The position numbers and the translations under genes are program-made. A stretch of DNA of 64,000 nucleotides from an uncultured Verrucomicrobiota bacterium (lineage in GTDB: Bacteria > Verrucomicrobiota > Kiritimatiellia > CAIQIC01 > Lenti-01): assembly GCA_964393515.1 (NCBI GenBank), contig CAYMTY010000003.1:42002-106001 (forward strand). The letters are read 5' to 3'. Shown here in pieces: positions 48,129-56,910 of this stretch. The notes under the pieces were generated by a model. It worked only from the letters and a program-made list of their open reading frames with translations, had not been told where the DNA came from and made no database searches. Every line of letters starts with the position of its first letter. Position 1 is the first letter of the stretch.

Positions 48129-50303
48129 GTGCGCCGGCATTGGCCAACGGCCCTGTGCTTCGCCGGCCTGCTTCTGCATGCCGCCGCCGGCCCCGCCGAT
48201 TTCGCCGCCATGGATAACCCGGCCGCGATCGTCCCCGGTGCGTCCGCGCCGCCGGCCCGCGCCGCCCCCGCCGGCGGTGTCGAATTCGTCCTGCCCTTCG
48301 CCGCCGGCCCCGATCGCGTCTACTGGGACATTCCCCTCGGCTCCTTCCCCGGCGCCGCCACCGTCATCGTGCTGGATTTCACCTGTCCCGATCCCGCCGC
48401 CACCCGCGCTCTCACCCTCCACCTGCGCATCGGCCATGAGTGGCTCTCCGCCCAGAAATCCATCGAAACCGCCGGCCGCCAGACGCTCGTCTTCCGGCGC
48501 GCCGATTTCGCCGGCGAAGGCGCCGGCGGCAACCCCGACTGGCGCCAGGCCGAAACCCTCCGGTTCTCCCTGTGGCGGGGCGCGGCCCGCGATGCCGTGC
48601 TGAGCCTGCACGCCATCCGGGCCGAAGCCGCCTCCGTCGCGGTCGTCGCCGGCACGGGGCCGTTCACCGCCCCCGGCGAAGGCGGCCTCGCCCGCCAATG
48701 CGCCGACCGCGCCCTGCGCCTGCTGGACCGCGCCGGCCTGCCGGCCGATCTGGTTTCGGACGAACTCGAGCGCCTCGACCTCCGTCCCTACCGCCTCCTG
48801 GTCCTGCCCTACAATCCCGCCCTGTCCCCGCGGCAGGCCGCGGTTCTCGCGCGCTTCGTCAAACGCCGCCAGGGACGCCTCGCCGTCTTCTACCTTTCCC
48901 ACGACCGGCTGGCCGCCGCCCTCGGTTTCAAATGCCTTCCCTACGCCACCCAGGCCGAAACCTGGCACACGGTTTCTTTCGACGCCCCGTCCGTTCCGGG
49001 CCTGCCGGCGTCCATGTCCCATTTCACCCAGCACCTGCTGCCCGTCCGCGCCGCCACTCCCGGCGCCCGCAACGTCGGCCGCTGGCTCGATGCCGACCAC
49101 AACCCCGACCGCTCGCTGCCCGCCTCCGCGGTTTCGCCGCGCGGCGTCTGGTTCTCGCACATCCCGCCGCGGGCCTCCCCCGCCGCCGTCCAATGGTTCC
49201 TCAGCGCCCTCACCGCCGCCGACCCTGCCTACGCCCCCGCCCGCGACCGGTTCCACGCGGCGGCGGAAGCCCGCGCGGCGCAGGTGCCCGGCGTCCTCGC
49301 CGCCGTCCCGGCGCCGGCGGATGAAATCCGCGCCGTCTGGAGCCGCCCCCTTTCCCCGCGCACGCGCGACGAAATCCTCGCCGCGCTCGCCGCCGGCGGC
49401 ATCAACACCCTTTTCGAACAGCTCGGCACCGGCGGCTATGCCCTTTACCAGGCCGGGGGCACCGTGCCCGAAGCCGCCCCCGGCAAACCGCGCGCCCGCG
49501 CCCCTTTCGACCGCATGCTCCTCTCCGCCCGCACCAACCATATGGAACTCCACGCCTGGGTCGTCTGCTGGAACCTCGACGGCCTGCCCGCCGAACGCCT
49601 CGCCGAACTGCGCGCGGAAGGCCGCCTCATGCAGGCCGCCGGCGGCCAGGAACTCCCCTGGCTCTGCCCCCTGCATCCGGAAAACCGGGCCGCCCTCCGG
49701 GCGCTGTTCTCCGACCTCGTCCGCCGCGGCGTCGCCGGCATCCACCTCGACTACATCCGCTACCCCGCCCGCGCCGGCTGCTACTGCCCCCGCCACCGCG
49801 CCGCCTTCGAAACGCACCTCGGCCGAAGCGTCGCCGCCTGGCCCGCCGACGTCCTCCCCGGCGGGCTCCACGCTGCCGCCTTCGAGCAGGTCCGCACCGC
49901 CGACCTGACCGCGTTCGTCGCCGCAGCCGCCCGGGAACTGCGCGCGCTCAATCCGGCCCTGCGCCTGTCCGCCGCGGTCTATCCCACACCCGCCGCCGCC
50001 GCCGAAAACGGGCAGGACTGGCCCGCCTGGCTCCGCGCCGGCGCCCTCGATTTCGCCTGCCCCATGCTGTACACGGCCGACCCCGCCCGCTTCGCCGACT
50101 GGCTCGACCTCTGCCTCGCTGCCGCCGCGCCCGGAATGATCCTCCCCGGAATCGGCACCGGCGCCGACGAGGCCCAGCTCGACGCCCTCGGCGCCGCGGA
50201 ACAGATCGCCGCCGCCCGCGCCCGCCGCTGCCCCGGCTTCGTCTTCTTCCCCCTCGACTCGGACCTCTCCGACCTGATCCTCCCCGCCCTCGTCCGGCCC
50301 TGA
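48129..50303 (+). CDS. Secreted GH-like TIM-barrel protein (GHL10/YngK-like C-terminal domain) with N-terminal beta-sandwich and GH42-trimerisation-like domains
   Basis: Putative GTG start giving signal peptide MRRHWPTALCFAGLLLHAAAGPA. C-terminal GINTLF...HAWVVCWN...GIHLDYIRYP typical of the GHL10 family. Confidence 0.55.
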   Translation: MRRHWPTALCFAGLLLHAAAGPADFAAMDNPAAIVPGASAPPARAAPAGGVEFVLPFAAGPDRVYWDIPLGSFPGAATVIVLDFTCPDPAATRALTLHLRIGHEWLSAQKSIETAGRQTLVFRRADFAGEGAGGNPDWRQAETLRFSLWRGAARDAVLSLHAIRAEAASVAVVAGTGPFTAPGEGGLARQCADRALRLLDRAGLPADLVSDELERLDLRPYRLLVLPYNPALSPRQAAVLARFVKRRQGRLAVFYLSHDRLAAALGFKCLPYATQAETWHTVSFDAPSVPGLPASMSHFTQHLLPVRAATPGARNVGRWLDADHNPDRSLPASAVSPRGVWFSHIPPRASPAAVQWFLSALTAADPAYAPARDRFHAAAEARAAQVPGVLAAVPAPADEIRAVWSRPLSPRTRDEILAALAAGGINTLFEQLGTGGYALYQAGGTVPEAAPGKPRARAPFDRMLLSARTNHMELHAWVVCWNLDGLPAERLAELRAEGRLMQAAGGQELPWLCPLHPENRAALRALFSDLVRRGVAGIHLDYIRYPARAGCYCPRHRAAFETHLGRSVAAWPADVLPGGLHAAAFEQVRTADLTAFVAAAARELRALNPALRLSAAVYPTPAAAAENGQDWPAWLRAGALDFACPMLYTADPARFADWLDLCLAAAAPGMILPGIGTGADEAQLDALGAAEQIAAARARRCPGFVFFPLDSDLSDLILPALVRP

Positions 50304-50352
50304 TTTTGGTTTTTTGTTTCTCCCGCCTGCCGCCGTCCGCTACACTGACTGC

Positions 50353-51204
50353 ATGAACCCGAACGCCCTTGCGCCCTACCTCGACCGCACCCTCTGGGCC
50401 GGCTCCTCGTTCAGCCTGACCCTGGGCGACGCCCTACTGGCCGCCCTGCTGGCCGCCGGCGGCTGGGCTGTCAGCCGTCTGGCCGCGGCATTCGTGGCCA
50501 AGCGGCTCGCCGTCCGCCTGCTGCATTCCCCCCGCGCGCGGGATCTCGCGCCGCGCTGGACCTTCTTCTTCCTGTGGGCGCTCTTCATCCTCGCCGCCCT
50601 GCGCGTCCTCGGCGTGCCGCTCACCCTGTTCCAGTTCCTCGGCGGCGCCATCGCCCTGGGCTTCGGCTTCGGCGCGCAGAATCTCTGCAGCAACCTCATC
50701 AGCGGCGTCATCATCCTCGTTGCCCGCCCCTACCGCGCCGGCGACATCGTCGAGGTCGACAACCAGGCCGGCACCGTCCTCTCGATCGGCCTGCGCGCCA
50801 CCGAAGTCCGCACCTTCGACGGCATCAACCTCGTCGTTCCCAACTCCAATTTCCTCTCGAACACCATTGTCAACCGCACCAACTACGAGCGCGCCCTGCG
50901 CGGCCTCGTCACCCTCACCGCCGCCTACGGGTCCGACTCGCGGCTCGTCGCCGAAACCCTTGCCGCCGTCGCCGCCGCCCACCCCGCCGTCCTCACCGCC
51001 CCCGGCCGGGCCCCCTGGGTCATCTTCGACGACTTCGGCGCCCACGGCCTCGTGTTCAAGCTCTTCTTCTGGGTCGACACCACCCGCGCCAGCGTCGCCG
51101 CCACCGCCAGCGACATCCGCCACGCCGTCCTCGAAGCTTTCCGCGAAAAAGGCCTCGCCATCCCCCTCCCCCAGCTCGACGTCCACCTCCCCAAGGCCCC
51201 GTGA
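50353..51204 (+). CDS. mscS: Small-conductance mechanosensitive channel (MscS family)
   Basis: 3 TM helices then the MscS beta-domain (GDIVEVDNQAGTVLSIGLRATEVRTFDGINLVVPNS). Confidence 0.85.
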   Translation: MNPNALAPYLDRTLWAGSSFSLTLGDALLAALLAAGGWAVSRLAAAFVAKRLAVRLLHSPRARDLAPRWTFFFLWALFILAALRVLGVPLTLFQFLGGAIALGFGFGAQNLCSNLISGVIILVARPYRAGDIVEVDNQAGTVLSIGLRATEVRTFDGINLVVPNSNFLSNTIVNRTNYERALRGLVTLTAAYGSDSRLVAETLAAVAAAHPAVLTAPGRAPWVIFDDFGAHGLVFKLFFWVDTTRASVAATASDIRHAVLEAFREKGLAIPLPQLDVHLPKAP

Positions 51205-51223
51205 GCCCTTCCCACCACCAGAG

Positions 51224-51378
51224 TTTTCCATGCTGTGGAAAAAAGTTTTCCATGGCGTGGAAAAATCCCGGAAAAGTTTTCCATGGCGCGGAAAAAACAG
51301 CCCTGTTTTTCCACACTGTGGAAAATATTTTTCCATGGCGTGGAAAAACCGCAAAAAAGTTTTCCATACTGTGGAAAA
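51224..51378. repeat. Array of six 19-bp imperfect palindromes TTTTCCAY-N3-GYGGAAAA with irregular 3-12 nt spacers (not CRISPR)
   Basis: Seen directly: units at ~51224, 51246, 51277, 51307, 51329, 51360. Each unit is two inverted TTTTCCACA-like 9-mers; the array is followed by CTCCGC. Confidence 0.6.
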
Positions 51379-51665
51379 CTCCGCTTTCCCGCCCGCCGTC
51401 CGCAGGACGTGGATGCCGGGGGTTTCTTTTGGATATTGACGGCGTCCCGCGTAAAAATAACCTGCGGATTTTTCGGAGATGCCGCTTCGCGGACGACCCG
51501 AGCAGGACTCCCGTCCGCGAGCGGTCGGCCTCAAAGCGGCAGAACGAAAAAGACGCGGGTTGGTTTTTACGCCCGACAAAATCCGAAAGAAATCCCCGCC
51601 CCTTCCCCCTCCGCTCCACCCCGCACTCCAGCCAACGCCGCCACCCCGCCGCCGCCTGACCCGCC

Positions 51666-53420
51666 ATGCTCCACCTCCTCCCAGCCCCCGCGTCCCTGCA
51701 GCTGCGCGACGGAACCCTGACTCTCCCGGCGCCGCCGACGGCCTGCGTCCCCGACCACCTCGACCCGCGCGTGGGCAAGGTCCTGCACGAGCTCTTCCCC
51801 GGGCTCCACCACATCGCCTGTCGCCAGCAGCGCGCCGCCCTCCGCCTCGAAACCGCGCCCGGCGCCCCCGAGGCCTACCGGCTGCGCATCACGCCGGTAT
51901 GCCTGGAAATCACCGCTGCCGGTGCCGCGGGCTTCTTCTACGCCCTGCAAACCCTCCGCCAGATCCTTCCGCAGAGCGGAGGCGCCTTGCCCTGCCTGGA
52001 GATCGAAGACGCCCCGGTCTTCCCCCTGCGCGGCTATTCCCTCGACGTCAGCCGCGGGCGCGTCCCGCGCCCGGAAATGCTCCAGCGCCGCATCCGCCTG
52101 CTGGCCAGCCTCAAAATCAACCACCTCCAGCTCTATTTCGAGCACCCCTTCCGCTTCCGCTTCGATCCGGACATCGCCGGCGCGGACGACGCCTACGACG
52201 CCGACGACCTGCAGGCGCTGGACACCTTTTGCCGCGAGCATTTCATCGAACTCGTCCCTTCCTTCACCTGCTTCGGCCACCTCGGCCGCATTCTTTCGCT
52301 TCCCCAGTACCGCGAGCTGGCCGAGGTCGAATTCCCGGCGCCTTCGTGGGCGGCCGCCACCTGGCGCCAGCGCCTGCACGGCGCGACCCTCAACTCCCGC
52401 GACCCCGACGCCCAGGAACTCCTGCGCCGGATCCTCGCCGAATTCCTCCCCTGTTTCTCCTCTTCCCGCTTCAACCTGTGCGGCGACGAAACCTACGACC
52501 TGGGCCGGCGCATGCCCAACGCCGCGCCCGCCGACCGCGCCCGCCAGTACACCGACCACATCCGCTTCCTGCAGAAGGAAGCCGCGCGCCACGGCAAGTC
52601 CCTCATGCTCTGGGGCGACATGCTCCTCCACCACCCCGACGCAATCTCCGCCCTGCCCGAAGGCTGCGAAATCCTCGACTGGGCCTACTTCCCTTCCAAC
52701 AAATTCGAAAAATGCGGCGAGTTCATCACGCGCGGCCTGGCCACCATCGTCTGTCCCTCCGTCCGCGGCTTCGGCCGGGTTTTCCCGGCGGTCGAAGAGG
52801 CCCGCACCGTCATCGCCGCCTACGCCCGCACCGGCCGGCGCCTCGGCGCGCGCGGCCTGCTGAACACTGACTGGGGCGACTACGGCCACTTCAACCTGCC
52901 CCCCGGCGCGCTCCACGGCCTCGCCCTCGGTGCACACCTCGCCTGGAATCCCGCCCACGACGAAACGGAAGCCTTCGACGCCGCCTTCTCGAAAATCCTT
53001 TTCGGCGCGGAGGACTTCCGCCCGGCCGGCCTCTTCCTGCGCGCCGGCTCCGTCCCGGAAAACCTCGCCGCCTGGCCCTTCCCGCCGCTCAAGGACCTCC
53101 CGCTGCCCGCCGACCCCGGCCCCGCACGCCATGTCGCCGAACAGGCCCCGCTCTGGGCCGAGGGCTTTGCCAACCTCAAACCCACCGCCTGGGCCGACGA
53201 AACCGATCTCGCCCAGCTCGCCCTCGCCTGCCGCTTCCTCCAGTTCAACGCCCTGGTCGCTTCCGGCGCCCCCGCCGGAAAAACCCGCCCGTTGCTCGAC
53301 GACCTCGAAAAGGCCTATACCCCGCTCTGGTTCGCCGAAAGCCTCCCCCGCGGCCTGCTGGACATCCATTCCCGCGGCTTCGAACCCATGCGGGCACTTT
53401 TGGATAAAGGCGTCACTTAA
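51666..53420 (+). CDS. GH20 beta-N-acetylhexosaminidase (cytoplasmic; no signal peptide). Its last codons are supplied by the inserted islet
   Basis: LEIEDAPVFPLRGYSLDVSRG (GH20 catalytic-domain start); catalytic region NLCGDETY (HxGGDE-like). Confidence 0.75.
   Translation: MLHLLPAPASLQLRDGTLTLPAPPTACVPDHLDPRVGKVLHELFPGLHHIACRQQRAALRLETAPGAPEAYRLRITPVCLEITAAGAAGFFYALQTLRQILPQSGGALPCLEIEDAPVFPLRGYSLDVSRGRVPRPEMLQRRIRLLASLKINHLQLYFEHPFRFRFDPDIAGADDAYDADDLQALDTFCREHFIELVPSFTCFGHLGRILSLPQYRELAEVEFPAPSWAAATWRQRLHGATLNSRDPDAQELLRRILAEFLPCFSSSRFNLCGDETYDLGRRMPNAAPADRARQYTDHIRFLQKEAARHGKSLMLWGDMLLHHPDAISALPEGCEILDWAYFPSNKFEKCGEFITRGLATIVCPSVRGFGRVFPAVEEARTVIAAYARTGRRLGARGLLNTDWGDYGHFNLPPGALHGLALGAHLAWNPAHDETEAFDAAFSKILFGAEDFRPAGLFLRAGSVPENLAAWPFPPLKDLPLPADPGPARHVAEQAPLWAEGFANLKPTAWADETDLAQLALACRFLQFNALVASGAPAGKTRPLLDDLEKAYTPLWFAESLPRGLLDIHSRGFEPMRALLDKGVT
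53281..53392. repeat. 112-bp direct repeat, left copy (3' end of the GH20 gene); identical copy at 56675-56786
   Basis: Exact 112-bp identity seen directly (AAACCCGCCCGTTGCTCGACGACCTCGAAAAGGCCTATACCCC...CGAACCCATGCG). Confidence 0.85.
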
Positions 53421-53558
53421 ATCCCCCCCCCCGCTATCCGGCCCGCACGGAGGCGGGCCCTCCATAAACCTGTTTTCGCATTTCACACTCTGGAGGGATG
53501 ACCTCCGTGTCGTCCGTCCCGGCCGGGCTCCTGCTGGCGCGGCAGACAGCCTTCGCCA

Positions 53559-55124
53559 TCACGGCCCGACACGGACGCGGTAATGCCCCATGGCGTTCGT
53601 GTCCGGAGGAAGCGCCAGAAATGCCGGTTTCGCCGTGGGCGGCAGGTTGGTGAATACCACTTCCCAGCTCGTGCCCGTGGCCGTCAAATCCACGCACCGT
53701 TCCAGATATTGCGTGGCCCGGCTGCCTCCCATCCAATTCACCCGGAATTGGTCGTTGGAAGCATCCACCCCCAGCATCGCCAGCCGCGAATCGGACTGCG
53801 TTGGATCGGTATCCGCCCGGACTTCCGCGCCGTCCGGCATGCCGTCCCCGTCGGAATCCGCCGCTGGATTCAGATATTCATAGGCACCCATGTCCATGAT
53901 GGCCACGCCATCGGCATTGCCGTCCAGCGGTCTCGGCACTCCGGCCAAATCGGCGCCCGGCGCCAGATCGGCATTGCTCCCCGCATCGATGCACGGGGAG
54001 TTCGACTGCAACCGGTAATCCCCAGCCACAAAATTGGTTCCGGACCAGTTGCCGGGATCGATGAATACCGGATCGTTCGTAATATTGCCCGCCCCATTCG
54101 TCGGCATCGGCACGGTACAGCAATTTATGAATATTCCATTGGAATAGTTATTTCCCCAATTCATGTAGACGATGCTGTTTAGCTGCGTACTGCAGGATGT
54201 GCCTCCGGCTCCCCACCGACCACTCTGGTTTCCAACAACCGTACAGTTGTTTAAAATGCATCTGTCCGCCCCTAATTGGTTGTTTACAACAATGCAATTG
54301 TTCAGTGTCGCTACACATCCCCCACTTCCCCAATTATTTACCAGTATGCAATTGTTTAGCTCAGATTGAGCCCCGCCAGCACAAAACACACCCCCACGGC
54401 CGTGGTTGTATGAGAATACACAGTTATTAATTACGGAATGTATAACAGTCCCAGAACCCAGATTTGTGTTGAAAAGAAAAAAGCAGTTGAAACACATACC
54501 CGATCGGACGGCACTACCAGTATAGCCAATATTATTCGTAAAAGTACAATCGATCATGGTCCCTCCGAAAGCAGCACCACCACGCCATGCTGCATTGCAT
54601 GAGAAGATGCAATTGGATACGATTACATTTGTGCCCTGACACCAGATTCCGCCACCATTCTCTTCTGTACCATTATTATCATTAACGGACGTTGAACCCT
54701 GGGCCAGCGTGAATCCAACAAGTGAAGCCCCATTTGTCAACCATACGCATCTCACTGAGTTGGGCCCCAAATTAAATACATATACTGTTGGATAATTTGT
54801 ACCCATAATCATGGTCGAATCCGGCCCATTCACCGACCGCAACGTAAGCGGCTTGTCGATCACGACCCGATTCGTAAGTGTGAAAACACCACCCGCCGGA
54901 CGTCCGCCCTTATCATAAATGCCGTTGGTGACCCAAACGGTATCGCCGGCGGCGGCGGCATCGATGGCGGCTTGGATGGTCTGCTTGGCGTTGGCCCACG
55001 AAGTGCCCGCGCCGGCATCGCTGCCCGAAGGCGAAACAAAGAACTCCGCCGCCCAAAGGTCAACCGCCGCCGCCAGCATGATTATCCAACCGATGGCATA
55101 ATAATGATTTCGGTTCCGGCTCAT
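53559..55124 (-). CDS. Secreted right-handed parallel beta-helix repeat protein (adhesin/lyase-like fold)
   Basis: Signal peptide; FVSPSGSDAGAGTSW...AAAGDTVWV N-terminal motif; many NN[CV] beta-helix rungs; Asp-rich calcium-binding-like segment; lower GC. Confidence 0.55.
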   Translation of the reverse strand: MSRNRNHYYAIGWIIMLAAAVDLWAAEFFVSPSGSDAGAGTSWANAKQTIQAAIDAAAAGDTVWVTNGIYDKGGRPAGGVFTLTNRVVIDKPLTLRSVNGPDSTMIMGTNYPTVYVFNLGPNSVRCVWLTNGASLVGFTLAQGSTSVNDNNGTEENGGGIWCQGTNVIVSNCIFSCNAAWRGGAAFGGTMIDCTFTNNIGYTGSAVRSGMCFNCFFLFNTNLGSGTVIHSVINNCVFSYNHGRGGVFCAGGAQSELNNCILVNNWGSGGCVATLNNCIVVNNQLGADRCILNNCTVVGNQSGRWGAGGTSCSTQLNSIVYMNWGNNYSNGIFINCCTVPMPTNGAGNITNDPVFIDPGNWSGTNFVAGDYRLQSNSPCIDAGSNADLAPGADLAGVPRPLDGNADGVAIMDMGAYEYLNPAADSDGDGMPDGAEVRADTDPTQSDSRLAMLGVDASNDQFRVNWMGGSRATQYLERCVDLTATGTSWEVVFTNLPPTAKPAFLALPPDTNAMGHYRVRVGP

Positions 55125-55158
55125 GCGCTTCCTCCAAAGAAATGCCCCACCAGTCTAT

Positions 55159-55992
55159 TCATTCGGCCATAAGAATTCCAACGAAAGTTGCCGAGATCGC
55201 GCGGCAAACCTCGGCAAACTCGATATCCTTGGCATAATCGAAATCCCGGCGATAGGTCTTCCAGCGCCCGGCCATGACCGCGCTGGCTTCGATTGCCCGC
55301 ATGATTTCCTTGTGCTGTTTCAGCAACTGAAACGTGCCGCGGCGCCTGGCGGTCGCCGGCAACGCCTTCCGCAGGACTTCCCAATCGATTTTCCAGGCAT
55401 ACAAGCGCCGCAACAAATGAACGTCGTAGAAGTCCCGCATCCGCGTGTTCAGATCGCCCCGCGCCAAGATGGTTTCCAGTTTCTCCGCCAGGATGGTTTC
55501 CAGGTTGTAGGCCAACACCCGGATGGCGCGCGATCCGGGCCGGACCGGATAATCGAACGGCATTTCGCGCGGCGTGATCTTGTCGCCCGTCGTGAGGTCT
55601 ACCTTCAAGGGCACCGCCATGGGCGGGCATTTCGCCTCCAGCGACAGCCGCAGACCGCCGTATTCGTCGCCTTGCCGGATCTCTTCGAGGCCCTTCACGG
55701 CGAACGAGACTCCGTCGTCGATCCGCACGGCGCAGATATCCCGGAACATCCGCCGAACGCCGGCGGCGGTGACCGGCATCCGCCGGATGGTTCCGTCCAT
55801 GTCCATCGTGGTCCGCGTGTCGAGTCCCGCCAGGGCGGAAATCAGCAATCCGCCCTTGAGAACGAAGTTCCGCCGATAGTTGGACAGCGAGATGCGCTCC
55901 AGCAACCGCTCCAACATGTGGTTTTGGAGGGCCAGCTGCGCGGAAATACCCTTTTTGCGCGCCACCATTTTCATCCGGGCCTTCAACTGCAT
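55159..55992 (-). CDS. AbiEii/AbiGii-family nucleotidyltransferase toxin (type IV TA / abortive infection)
   Basis: DUF1814-like sequence (VLKGGLLISAL...DMDGT...) with an NTase-fold GS...D.D motif; immediately downstream of the AbiEi-like gene. Confidence 0.7.
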   Translation of the reverse strand: MQLKARMKMVARKKGISAQLALQNHMLERLLERISLSNYRRNFVLKGGLLISALAGLDTRTTMDMDGTIRRMPVTAAGVRRMFRDICAVRIDDGVSFAVKGLEEIRQGDEYGGLRLSLEAKCPPMAVPLKVDLTTGDKITPREMPFDYPVRPGSRAIRVLAYNLETILAEKLETILARGDLNTRMRDFYDVHLLRRLYAWKIDWEVLRKALPATARRRGTFQLLKQHKEIMRAIEASAVMAGRWKTYRRDFDYAKDIEFAEVCRAISATFVGILMAE

Positions 55993-56000
55993 CGCCGGCT

Positions 56001-56594
56001 TCACAGCAACGTCTCCAGATAGGCTCGGACCCTGCTTTCCACGTGCAGCAGTTTCGCATAACTCGAAATTCGGGGAATGTTTTTGTCGCGCCGCCGGATA
56101 TATCGCTTGAAGGCTTCGGAAACGATCTGCGCATCGGTTCCACTGCGGCCCTTCAGGATGTCGCACAACGTCCGTTCCGCGTTGTAGGCCCGCACCGCAT
56201 GGCCGGCCGGCGTTTGTACCGCCACGACACCCAAGCCGTGCAGTTCCATTTTTACCCGATTGGTTCGGACATGCTCTTTCCGCAAGGCTCCGGTGTTATA
56301 ACCCGCGGGAAAAGTCATGCGGAACCGGTCGGGCGTACGATCGGTAAGCCCATGCAGAAACAACGCGGTCTCCAACGAAAAAACGCCCCGCTTGAACCGG
56401 CTTTGGATCGTCAAGAATTCGTCTTCCAGCGCTTTCGGCAGCATATAGACTCCGCGGTTCACCCGCTCCAGACGGCCGCTCGCCGCCAGCGCAGTTAGAT
56501 TTCCGCGCAGGATACCGGCCGCCGTCACTTGAGCCGCCGTCACGGTTCCGCCATGCCGGCGTGCGATTTCCAGGATTTTTCCGCTCCGTGTCAT
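56001..56594 (-). CDS. AbiEi-family antitoxin/transcriptional regulator
   Basis: N-terminal wHTH (ILEIARRHGGTVTAAQV...GRLERVNRGVYML) typical of AbiEi; operon with AbiEii. Confidence 0.65.
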   Translation of the reverse strand: MTRSGKILEIARRHGGTVTAAQVTAAGILRGNLTALAASGRLERVNRGVYMLPKALEDEFLTIQSRFKRGVFSLETALFLHGLTDRTPDRFRMTFPAGYNTGALRKEHVRTNRVKMELHGLGVVAVQTPAGHAVRAYNAERTLCDILKGRSGTDAQIVSEAFKRYIRRRDKNIPRISSYAKLLHVESRVRAYLETLL

Positions 56595-56674
56595 TGTCCC
56601 GAGATTGACTTTCATGCATGGATAATAGATATAAGCGTGCATGAATGTCAATTCGACTTTTGCCTCCGCCGCGC

Positions 56675-56786
56675 AAACCCGCCCGTTGCTCGACGACCTC
56701 GAAAAGGCCTATACCCCGCTCTGGTTCGCCGAAAGCCTCCCCCGCGGCCTGCTGGACATCCATTCCCGCGGCTTCGAACCCATGCG
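56675..56786. repeat. 112-bp direct repeat, right copy (displaced original 3' end of the GH20 gene)
   Basis: Identical to 53281-53392. Confidence 0.85.
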
Positions 56787-56910
56787 CCAACGGCTTGCCT
56801 AAGCCGGCGTTCGGCGAATTTGCCCGCGGGCCCGCGATTGCGCTTGCAAACGCGCCGTATTGTTATACTTTTGTTAAGGCGGAATGCCGTTGGAGCCATC
56901 GGAATAATCT

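Larger units (their letters stand above)
53393..56674. mobile_element. Putative integrated islet (~3.3 kb) inserted in the 3' end of the GH20 gene, bounded by the 112-bp direct repeats; carries a beta-helix protein and an AbiEi/AbiEii pair; no integrase
   Basis: Flanking direct repeats; the islet supplies a new GH20 C-terminus (...FEPMRALLDKGVT*) while the displaced original end (...FEPMRQRLA*) remains at the right repeat. Low-GC segment 54.1-54.9 kb. Confidence 0.5.

Noticed and set aside
51224-51378. Possible CRISPR array
   Set aside because: Units are palindromic 19-mers with irregular 3-12 nt spacers and no cas genes nearby; not a repeat-spacer structure.
51224-51378. Chromosomal origin of replication (oriC)
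   Set aside because: The DnaA-box-like 9-mers are striking, but there is no dnaA/dnaN nearby and no AT-rich unwinding element (flanks are GC-rich). Kept only as one hypothesis in the findings, not called as oriC.
50434-51579. 381-aa minus-strand ORF spanning the palindrome array (translates to repeated FSTVWK peptides)
   Set aside because: The repetitive peptide is a by-product of DNA-level palindromes; the ORF overlaps mscS antisense and has no start context.
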